The notes under the pieces are model-generated. The model saw nothing but the letters and a program-made list of their open reading frames with translations. It was not told the origin of the DNA and searched no databases. Positions 54,301-64,000 of a DNA stretch of 64,000 nucleotides are shown here, piece by piece; position 1 is the stretch's first letter; each line of letters starts with the position of its first letter. This stretch comes from Amoebophrya sp. A120 (taxonomy: Eukaryota; Protista; Dinoflagellata). The translations under genes and the position numbers were made by a program. The DNA is taken from positions 1,294,722 to 1,358,721 of the forward strand of contig CAJINV010000017.1 in NCBI GenBank assembly GCA_905178155.1, read 5' to 3'.

Positions 54301-55698
54301 TACCAAAAGCTGTCCGCTTTTGACCAAGTTGAGAGGGAGTTTCTCATGCAGGAAAGGCATGATAGAGACCTCAAAAAATCTGTCATGCTGGGTCTCGCAT
54401 TCCAGACCTCATGGGTCATGGAAAACCTGCATCACAAATCTTGCATTCTTGCAGACCCAGACACTTTTACATTTGATACAACTACGAAGCAAGCCAACGC
54501 CTACGTCGCCACGCAGCGGATTTCTGTACTGCAGTTCCAGGGCGACAGAATCGTTGTCGGAACCCGAGGTGCGGTGGATTCGCCAAACGTGTGTGTTTAC
54601 CACTATGGCGCTGGGATAGAAAGCTTCAGTAAGAGAAGTTCTGCTCGTCCAGATGTTGACCGACAAAGTGCGATGCCGTCAGGAGCGGTTGCTAGTACTG
54701 ATCCCAGCTCAACAAACAGACACAACAACACAGTGTCCCAACGCCCGTACCTGACCTTCTCGACCGAGTCCGCGCACAGCCAACTTCTCGGTGGGGACTT
54801 CTGTTCCGAGCAGTGCCTGGTAACGTGTGGAGCGCCGACGGAGACGACGTACTTTTCCACACCTTTGTCCTCTTCAAGCTCGGCAGCTATCCAACCGGGC
54901 AGCTACAACTACGCATCCAGTAAAGAGGAGTTCCACAGCTCTTTGGGAGTGTGGGACCTGCGCATACCGCCAAGAGCCAGGCTCGTGCTCCGAGACAAGA
55001 TCTCGCTGCGCGGAATGTCCAGCACGTCCGCAGACGCATTGATCAACACCAGGGTGGCCTGCTTGTGGACGAAAGATGCGGGGTCAGGATCTTGTACTGT
55101 TTCATCATCGAATAGCAGCGTAGCCCACACCGCTACTGGAGAGATTATTCCTTTCGATCAGCACGGAACAAGTGGGTTTTCGGCGATTCGAAGGCCGATG
55201 GTACAGCAGGACTTCTCTTCAGACCTGTTTTTCGTGGACCACCATGCGTCTTCGACCAATCTGCCCTCGACCGCCTCTCTGAATTATGGCACCAACGGGA
55301 CAACATCATCATCCTCTTCGAACCTTTCCTCCAACGACAAAACGCTTCTAGTCACCTCGCGCAGTGGCCACCTGCGGTGGTTTGACCTGCGCAACCAGAA
55401 GTACGTGCACAAGGCGAAATCTTCGCACAACGGGTCCGCGGTGAAGCAGTTGCTGGTTTTTGAGGACTTGAAAAATTGCGTGACCATCGATCATAACGGG
55501 AACCTGCTTCGTTGGGTCTGCCCCGATCTGGCGAGGCGTTTCACGGACTGCTTTTGCGTCGAGAAGAAACAGCAACTACACGCGTCGACGAGCTTGTTGG
55601 TGCAAAGGACCGCCGTGGTGTCCTCCGCGCAAGTCGTCGGTCCGAGACATTTCGTGACTACTGGGCTGGATGGAGCGTTTTACTTGCATTGCTTCTGA
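42328..55698 (+). CDS. Rav1/DMXL (RAVE / Rabconnectin-3 alpha)-like giant protein, ~4300 aa
   Basis: Rav1_C-like motifs DIVWALHS, KLGFWL, AIKNAYELIRQKRYMLAATFFLLAD..DAV; WD40-like C-terminus (LGVWDLR, LRWFDLR, VTTGLDG); GT-AG intron 49247-49423 and element 54214-54478. Confidence 0.8.
54214..54478. mobile_element. Introner-like TIR element, family C
   Basis: TATCAACAAGTGCAAAAATGTCTGGGTCTG...CAGACCCAGACACTTTTACATTTGATA; perfect caact repeat; removal joins ORFs 49486 and 54274 (STASTTKQANAY). Confidence 0.92.
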
Positions 55699-56203
55699 AT
55701 ACGACTGGTAGGGCTCCTGCACCAAGAACGAGATGAACGCTGAAGAACAAGAGGTGGAAACGCGACTAGGAATAGAAATATGAAAATGAATAGTTTTAGG
55801 TCGTGCTCGTCTTGACGGTGGACAGCATCGCGTCTGGTGCTCACACGAACTGTTGTTCAGGGGGTCTGAGCTTCGACTCCGCTGGGTATAAAATATAAAG
55901 CAGAGAGGTCTTGAGAGTAGGTACCTACTCAGTATGATGGTGCTTGCGTGGTGCGCCGCCAAAAAACAACAGCCTCCTGGAGCGTAACGTAACGACAAGG
56001 CGATGCGGCACGAAAAAGTAGAAGCCTCTGTATCGAAAAATACGAGAAGTTCTTGCATCCCTATCGACCGCATACTAGGTAAGGTTACAAAAAGTGTCGT
56101 CTTTCAACCTTCGAGTTGTAGCCATCCACCCTACGAACTATTCCGCCACACACACAACATCATCAAACTACTACCTCGCTTAATTGCTAAACCGAAAAGC
56201 GCC

Positions 56204-57152
56204 ATGCGTATCCCACGCGAGCGTCAGATTCCCCGTACCCAGCTCGCCACCGGCGGCCTCTATGTCGCGCGTCTGAGCACGTTTGCGAACGGGTATCGGG
56301 CCTACAAGGATGGGCTACGACGCTACGACGACATTCCCCAGCCAGTCCTGAAGAAAAGCCGACAGCTGTCCACTAATGTGGAATTCTTACAAGATCAAGA
56401 ACGAGGCACCAGTGATGGCGGTCCTGCAAGGGGCAGTACAACTAGCCGGAACACCACGGCGTCGTCTTCCTCTGGGCGCGACACCGTGATGTCGTTTGTA
56501 AGCCGCCCGTCAACGACGGATTCGGTGAAGAAGACAAACAGGCGAAACCTGAGTACGTCCACTTCTTGTGCGACCAGAAGCTCTTCACGGCTGTTTGAAC
56601 CGGTGTTGCGAAAATCGAAGAGAGAGGACCATGAAGACCTCGAACAAGGAGTGGTATCTCACAATGACGACCAAGAAAACGACGATCCGTTTGGATTTGA
56701 AGCAACAGAGGTGCTGCCGCCGCCACCGAGGGAGACCATATGGTATGATGTCCTACTTATACGATTATGTCCCCGGCGAAAGATCTTGAACACGAGGGCT
56801 TGGATGTATCTCTTGTTGCACATGGTGCTGCTGCTGCTGCTGGTTGTCAATGTGGGACGCATGAAATGCTCCAGTCTGATGTCGCCACTGTGCACAGATG
56901 CCACTTGATGTTTCACAGCGACGAAAGTAAGTAAATAAACGAAGCACAAACTCCTGTGCATTCAACTCCACAACTAGGTACGACGAGCACTACCAGCCGC
57001 ACCTGATCGACGAAAACACCACGCCGATTCGCTGCTACAACTGCGGAAAGCCGAACGTACGACATGAACTGTTGTCCTCAGGACCACAAACAAGACAAAA
57101 GTGCACCCACTGTAATCGGTGGTTCGATATCGAAAAGGCAAAAGCTTTGTGA
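56204..57152 (+). CDS. Hypothetical protein with C-terminal CxxC...CxxC zinc ribbon
   Basis: GT-AG intron 56743-56977; exon 2 reads WYDEHY...RCYNCGKPN...QKCTHCNRWF. Confidence 0.6.
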
Positions 57153-58126
57153 GCGTAGATTGTTGTGCGTGTAGGATAGAACTCATGATATACTAAAGAG
57201 TATGTTTGTGATCATGTTGCGTTTCTTTGCACCTTTACAGAAGCTGTTTGTGGTTTCGTGCACTTCATGTCGGATTCAGTGTTGGAAAAAAGTTTGTTTC
57301 CTGTACAAAAGTCATCATCGTTTTGTCGGCTAAATAACAAAGTCACAAATACAAGTTAAAGCTAGATTTCCAGCAAAGAACATGCTAGATTGAGACTGCG
57401 CCGTCGTCTTTCTCGAGCCTACTCCTAAATTCTATTTCCATCCCTCAAAGATTTGTTCCGCGATTCAATTTTCGTCTTTTAGTCACGGCTGTTCTTGTAG
57501 TTATCGTCAATTGATGTTTTCCTTTTCTTGTTGTGTCGTTTTTGTTGCACCCGGATCCAAATTTGTCGTCGAGCCATGCCAGCAGATCTTATTTCTCAAT
57601 GAGTATCTATGAGAATGAAACTGAAAGCAATGCGATCCTCTCGACTTTTTCGTAAGGTTCTTGAAAGTTGATATTGTCAGACTCTGTAGTTCTTCATCTT
57701 CTTCTAAGAGCTTGTCGCGCTCTTGCAACATAGGTGCCGTGGGTCTTCGTAAAAGACAACTCATCGTGTCCGTTTTGGATTTTTGACCCTCATCCGCCCC
57801 CTGCAAATAATTGTCGCAGAAGCATTTGTTGCACATTGCTGCTTGTTTTGCGCTCTGTATTTGCTTTTCTTCGGTCCGCTTTAGGTGCATGAGTTGTCAG
57901 TGTCTTCTTGGTCTCGTCGTCGCAAGCGCCAGTGGGCCGCTACTGATCCTCGTGAATTAATTGACGGTCGACGGCCGCTCCCGCTGTCGTGCACTGCTCG
58001 CTGCACCGAAGGACCCCATTGGAAAAGCGTTGCTAGCCGCAACGTGGTGTTCGTTCTGACCTGAAATTCGCATTGCAGAGTCAAGGAGCCGGTATTGATT
58101 GGAGCAGGTGCAGGAGGACGAAAAAA

Positions 58127-60864
58127 ATGAAACAAAGTCAACTCTTCTCCTCGCTTCTTTACCTAAACAGCCTGTACCATCCTGTGTTCGCCGAAGAAGA
58201 AGAGACGTATCGCTGTGTGCGTTTTCAGAAGACCGGCGGCTGCTCACCGGATGGGAAGGAGGAGGACAAGAAGAAGTGCGCCGATGAAATCTCGTCGGGG
58301 GAGAGCGGATACTGTGTGTGTAAGACGCAGAGAGGCTTGTTCAAACGCATAAAACGAGAAACCTGCGACCACGCACCCTTCACCTGCGACTATGCGTGTG
58401 CAAGGTAGTACTCTCTTCATGCGAAATTCGATGGCGACGAGTCTACCTCTACTTCTTATGAGTGGTGAAGATCATGCGCTTTCTTGAAGATAAAATTCAC
58501 GCATTACAAGTACAACCCGCCCTGTTCTCCCCGCTTGTCTTAGTGCTTTCGATTCGTTCTAAGTTGACACCATGTGTTTTTGATAAGTGCTCGACATGAA
58601 CAACATAAAATCATTCCAAGGCACACCGAGTATACCTGTAAGCACTTTCAGCCAATCGAACAGTGTACGGAGTTACAAAACGCAAAACCAACAAAAGGTA
58701 AACTGAGTTCTTATTCTTTTGCGCGACTTCGTCTTCGTAGTGCACCACTGGAGCAGCTGCTGCAGTAAAAAACTTTCTTTATGCAAAAGTAAACATTTCG
58801 GTGCTACAAGTACAACTGCTTCTAGGACCACTTTATGACAAAAGGAGAAACATCCACTACAGAAACGCTTTCCTGCGACGAGGTTCCTCCTGCAGAGAAG
58901 CCTGGTTACTGCGAGTGCGGTAACGGGCGACAGATTATGCAGCCGGGGTGTTTCAACCCGAGTATGTCGGATATGAAGTCCTGTACGGACCTTTGCGCCA
59001 CGGGCCCCACCCCGTACGAGGACCTGGGGACGCACCAGCACGCCACGGACGCGGTTTATGACGTTCTCAAGCGTTACATTCTCAACTGTTACATGAATTT
59101 GTGATGCAAGAGCCGCAACAGTCAAAGGTGCAAAAGTTGCTGCTTTCGCATCACAGATTTGGCACCGATTTAGGTGCTGTGTAGCCCTTCGGAGATTTGT
59201 CATGCGAAGCAGCTTTCTCATGTACCGGCTCAAGGTAGTTTTGCACGACAAATTCATGTAACAGTTGAGAATGTAACGTTTGAGAACGCCATACGGTTTT
59301 AAAGCAGAACTTCCGAAAACTCAGTTTGAAGCACCACCCCGACAAGGGGGGCGATAAGGTGAGGTTCACTGCCATCCGAGAAGCCATGGACGTGCTATCC
59401 GATTCCAAATTGAGAAGGGTTTACGACATGGGTGGCTGGGATATGGTACGTTTATTTTGGCATTGTTGACAAAAGGAAAAGCACAACAGGCGAAGAGGAA
59501 GTAGTTGCTGTCGGTGTTGCCATGCAGATTTTTGATTTGCATAGTGTCTAGTATTAACATGAGCATCACTGACATTGATGACTCCACTGACTTTGGCGAG
59601 TCGAATCGTTAACCTCACACTTATTTTTTCCAGGTAAGCAAGGCCAAGCAGGATAAGCTGGAGAAGGGCCCGAACAAGGAGCACACGATGCACTTAACCC
59701 TCGCGCAGATGTACACGGGCACAACCAAATCGATGCACGTGGGGCGGCGGCTCCGGCTCTGTCGGGGGTGCGACAACGAGAATAACAAGTCCGTGTTTTG
59801 CTCGAAAACTTGCAAGAAAAGTATCAAATGTAAAAATGTCTGGGTCTGGAAGAATGCATGTTTGTCATGCTTGTCTGGCATGATTCTTAAATCTGTCATG
59901 CACGTTACCCAAGAGCTCCATTTTTCTGTGATGCAAAAACGCAGTTTGTCATGCAGAATAGGCAACACCTAGAAGCTCAGAAACTTGTCATTCTGAGCCA
60001 GCACTTATGGCCTCATCATGAGTAGACGCCACCCAGCATCACAAGTTTCCAGACCCAGACATTTTTACATTTGATAAAAATCTGCCCCAAGCAAATCGAG
60101 TACAGGTATATGATCCGCGGCGGCATGCGGTACCAAATGCAGCACGAGGTGGAGTCAAAGCACAAGTGCCGAGCCGAGAAAGGGCCACTGGAAGTGGAGG
60201 TGCCGGCCGGAGTGCGAGACGGGGAGGAAATCAAATACGCTGGGGAAGGAGACCAGAGTGAAAGTCAAACGCCGGGAGATATTGTCTTCAAGGTATTCTG
60301 GATGATATTACTTTTATGTTTTCTACAGATTTTGTAATGAAATTGAAGCTGTTGAAATCGTATTTCTATTTTGTAACCGTATTTTTTTTTACTGTTGCTG
60401 CTCTCACACACCCCGTCTGGGATGATCTTCATTGGGAGTCAACACAAGATTGCATCGCTGACGGGTCCTAGAATTTCTGCACCATTTATTTTCGAAAAAA
60501 ACACCAACAATTTGAGGTGAAGCAAATCTACGAGAAGCAGTGGTCTCGCAAGGGGATTCATTTGTACCGAACCCTGGAAATATCCCTGAAAGAGTCCCTG
60601 CTTGGTTTCGACAAAACCATCACGCACCTGGACGGTCGGAAACTGCAGGTCAGGAAGGAAGGGGTCACCGAGGCCAACAGCCGGATCGTTTTGTCCGACG
60701 AGGGCATGCCGGACAAGCGAACGGGGTCCACCGGGAAGCTAGTCATCACCTGCGTCATCAAATACCCAACCGCGCCGCTTTCTGCCACGTTGCAGGAACA
60801 AATCGCGAGGCTCATGCCCGGACCCGGCTCCATCGTCAAGGCCAAAAAGCGTGAGGAATTGTAA
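58127..60864 (+). CDS. ER-luminal DnaJ/Hsp40 (ERdj3/DNAJB11-like) with N-terminal Cys-rich repeats
   Basis: Signal-peptide-like start, J domain PYEDLG...LKQNFRKLSLKHHPDKGG, C-terminal DnaJ domain (PGDIVF, ISLKESLLGF..ITHLDGR, EGMP), ends REEL. Confidence 0.88.
59057..59293. mobile_element. Introner-like TIR element, family A, copy 3
   Basis: TATGACGTTCTCAAGCGTTACATTCTCAACTGTTACATGAATTTG...CAAATTCATGTAACAGTTGAGAATGTAACGTTTGAGAACGCCATA; cggtt repeat; removal restores ATDAVLKQNFRKL. Confidence 0.93.
59822..60076. mobile_element. Introner-like TIR element, family C
   Basis: Perfect 30-bp TIR TATCAAATGTAAAAATGTCTGGGTCTGGAA; flanks aaaag/aaaat; removal gives TCKKICPKQIEY. Confidence 0.92.
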
Positions 60865-61961
60865 AGGACCCGACTAGATTTATTTGACGGCGAGGAGCCG
60901 GTGACATCCTCGTCATACCTCCGGTGGGAAAAGAAAACAAAAACTTTTTTGGTAAATGCAAATCCACAAAATTTCAACTTTACATCAAACTGAAACTATC
61001 ATCCAACTTCAATTGATAATGCAAAAAAAGAGCCACCAGTCGAAGTAGCGAAACATAGGCCCCTCAAGCGAGGAGAACAAGCAGAGACGAAGATAATACC
61101 TACTTCTTCGCTGAGTACTTTGATATTTTCCTAGAACTAGATGTTTTGCTTCTGCGTCTGCCTCGTAACAACTGACACAATAATGCTTACGCAGCTGTGA
61201 GACAGGCAGCCACAGAAACGCGTGTCGTGGCACTAGGAGGTCTTCGTGCTATCGCAATTTACAAACAGCTTGTTGTACAGAAAGACTTTAAAAATTTTTG
61301 CTGCTTGTCGTGTGGTCAGTTCACCAGAATTCAAAACATGAACATGTGGTAAAAGTCCATGTTGCTCTTGCTCGCCTCGTCGTCTCAAAAACCTGTTAAT
61401 GTTGCAACTTTAAGCGACTAGCTTCTAGCTTCAAGGAGGATTTATCCGTCCATTTTGCAAAAACCATTTTGCTGTCCGATTCTTGTTGCCTCCTTCCGAC
61501 CAATAACAATCGCCCGGCTTGTTAGTGAGCTCTGCCAGCAGCCTCTCGTGTTAGTGAACCCCAAAAGGAGGCACGCACTCATCTGAGTTTCTTTTTATCT
61601 CGTGCTGAGTTTCGCCAGCTCATCTTTATCTCTTCATCGAAATGTAGTTGAGGCTTTACCAACATGCGTTGAAGAGAGCGTTTTTAGTGCAAAAACCTGT
61701 TGTCGTTCGGGAGTGACATCACCAAAGAACGTTATTTTCGTCGAGCGATGCGCACACAAACGCAAAAAAAATCGGAGAGTGATGTTGTTCTTGCATCAAA
61801 ATTACATTTCAAAAGATGAGCCGTAGGTAAAAAATTAAATAGCCAACGTTTGAGATAGATTTTGTACAAAATAACTACAACGACGTGCTAAAAGTATGTG
61901 GTTTTGAGATTCTTGAAAACCAAGAGCACGCTCGTTCTTTTCCAAACAAAGAGATTAAATC

Positions 61962-64000
61962 ATGGATCGTATATCCCCCGTGGTGAAAAAGCACGGGTAT
62001 GTCCCGCTGAAAAAAGTGGGCTCTGGATCGTTCGGACAAGCATGGCTCGTAGGGCAGGATGAAGACGGGAAGCGGCAAAACTACGTCTGCAAAATGGTAT
62101 TACTTTTGACTAGCAACATCAAGAGAAAAAAAAAATATCGCATGATGAAAGCCAAAACTTCAATTATCAGTTGAGGTGTCTGCAATGTCGTTTTCTGGAT
62201 TGATGATGCATGATCTTCCGTGCGACATCTATCCTAGCTTCGGCAAATGCGCACGAAAATGTGAAAGGCGAATCTGAAATTCTTGTCAATGTTTTTAGGC
62301 TTCTTGTTGGTGCACGAAATTTGTGATGTAGATCGGCGTTTGAAAACAAGATCAAGATCTACGATGTATTGTGTCTACAAAGCGGCCCTGTTCATCGAAC
62401 CTATCCCACTTTCCCTATCCCTGTCAGATCGACATCAGTCGTTGTAGTGCCAAGGAGAAGAAGGACGCTTTGCACGAAGCTTCCGTTTTGAAAACGCTAC
62501 AACATCCGTACGTGGTACGGTATAAGGAGTCTTTCCTCGAGGACGGATGGCTCTGCATTGTGCAGGAATACTGCGAGGGTAACAAGTATTTTTGACAATT
62601 TTGCTTTGAATTTGATGTCGCGTGGAACTAGAAGTAGAAACTGCACCAGCTCCTGCTTCTGCATAAGGGGCCTCTGTTCAGCTGCAGTTTCAGATTGTGC
62701 AGGGTAAAGTCTTTGAAACAAAAAAACAGGCGGCGACATGTACCAGCGAATACAAAAAGCGAAGAAAATGCACCAGCCCTTTTCTGAGGACCAGATTGTT
62801 ATCCCGGAAAGAAGACCCATCCCCATTCAATTCGTCATGCAAAACATCCATAAAACCCACTATTTTTCATGCAAAAAAAGGATGTGGATGGGTGTTTTTT
62901 CCTGGATAAATGTCCGGTGGTTTACGCAGTGCATGCTGGGGCTGAAGTTCATCCATGACAAGAAGATTTTGCACCGAGATTTGAAGTCGAGTAACTTCTT
63001 TCTATCCAAAACCGGCGACATAAAGATGGGCGACTTTGGAATCGCAAAAGTGCTCGAATCAACGGCCGCAGTGGCGAAAACACAGATCGGTAAATTGAGT
63101 CATGATGTCGTGTAGGATGAATAGTGATGATGAAGTTAGTTGATGTCACAGGAGGTGGTACAAGTGCCACATGTTGGATTGAACAAGGTGCATGTGGTGG
63201 TGCATGGAGGTCGTAGTTTTCGTCCGTTTCATGATGCTGTCAACAACATGCATGACGATTTATTGCAAATGATGACGAAGCTGAAGCAGAACGCAAATAA
63301 TTTTCCGAAACCATATCAGGTACACCGTACTATCTGTCGCCGGAAATTTGCCAAGAAAAGGCGTACGCCTGGCCGAGTGATATTTGGGCGATGGGTTGCA
63401 TTCTGTACGAAATGTGCTGTCTCCGAGTACCGTTCGACGCTGCGGATTTACGAGCGCTGGTGCACAGGATAACAAGAGGACCGAGCCCCAGTTTGCCGGG
63501 ACAGTAAATTCTATTTGACATTGCGAATGTCGTTATCGGAGTAGATGACTTATTGTGATACATTCAGAGCCACAGGAATTTTCATGCGCAGAAGAGCGTG
63601 CTTCTTGCGCTTCAAAAATCAACATAAACGTACCGCAAAACGTCAACGAAAATTAAGTTTTATACCATTACCATGACCCACAGCTTCTCCCCCCAGTTGC
63701 GGCAACTCGTGACTGATATTCTCGTGAAGGACCACACCAAACGGCCCACGGCGGAGAAGATCCTTACCCGGTCCATCCTGGCCGACCGCGTGCGGAAACT
63801 GGAGGCAGAGGACACGGGCGCCGGTGGGCAGGAAAAGCAGGAGGGAAGCAAGAAGGACGACATCTCGCTCATCCAGTCCAAATTGGAGCAGGGCGGGAGC
63901 TATGCAACATTGCAAAAGTATCCAACTAGTGTAGATTGCATTACAAATTATCTCAGCATGATGGCGAATGAAGTTTGTAATGCTGTTTTAGCTTTGGAAG
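61962..64000 (+). CDS. NIMA-related (NEK) Ser/Thr kinase, 3' end beyond window
   Basis: [54 protein letters not shown]; several GT-AG introns. Confidence 0.92.
62800..62908. mobile_element. Introner-like TIR element, family D, copy 2 (109 bp)
   Basis: TATCCCGGAAAGAAGACCCATCC...GGATGGGTGTTTTTTCCTGGATA; flanks attgt/aatgt; removal gives EDQIVRWFTQ. Confidence 0.92.
63901..64000. mobile_element. Introner-like element, family E, truncated by window end
   Basis: TATGCAACATTGCAAAAGTATCCAACTAGTGTAGATTGCATTACAAAT matches left ends at 17615 and 20347. Confidence 0.75.

Noticed and set aside
1487-57890. Minus-strand ORFs, e.g. 1487-1798, 8646-9098, 57507-57890
   Set aside because: Short, no recognisable motifs; most others are antisense shadows of plus-strand genes. 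A few may be decayed fragments but cannot be supported.
5452-59257. Recurrent peptides in the ORF track (YGVLKCYILNCYMNL, CKNVWVWK, KCLGLEG) suggesting a repeated protein domain
   Set aside because: They are translations of the family A and C terminal inverted repeats.
61445-61475. CCATTTTG twice, resembling relic dinoflagellate spliced leader
   Set aside because: Match is only 8 nt, lacks GCTCAAG and lies ~500 bp from the next ATG.
1-64000. CRISPR array, rRNA/tRNA genes, prokaryotic operon, autonomous transposase
   Set aside because: Repeats are dispersed inverted pairs, not regularly spaced; no RNA gene or transposase/RT motifs recognised.

Overview
Eukaryotic, gene-dense, intron-containing DNA with about 13 protein-coding genes, all on the + strand. 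Recognisable products: a Bin3/MePCE-type methyltransferase, an ERCC4/MUS81-type nuclease, a P5-type ATPase, mitochondrial processing peptidase beta, an M6PR/ATG27-tail protein, a very large Rav1/DMXL-like protein, an ER DnaJ and a NEK kinase. The dominant signal is an invasion of coding exons by introner-like miniature inverted-repeat elements: 17 complete copies, 1 truncated by the window end, and about 3 decayed. They fall into about 8 TIR types, measure 109-381 bp, have TAT...ATA termini (two end ACA) and are flanked by a 5-bp direct repeat. Removing the element plus one repeat restores the reading frame and, where recognisable, the conserved protein motif. They therefore appear to act as introns, mostly without GT-AG ends, alongside ordinary GT-AG introns. 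This architecture resembles the syndinian dinoflagellate parasite Amoebophrya, where non-canonical introner elements are already reported (organism is my inference). Less obvious points: a cross-family TTGTNATGC internal motif, a shared TATSNNNNGNAAAA end, and TSD mutations that tend to create GT donors. All coordinates and splice models were read by eye and have no RNA support.
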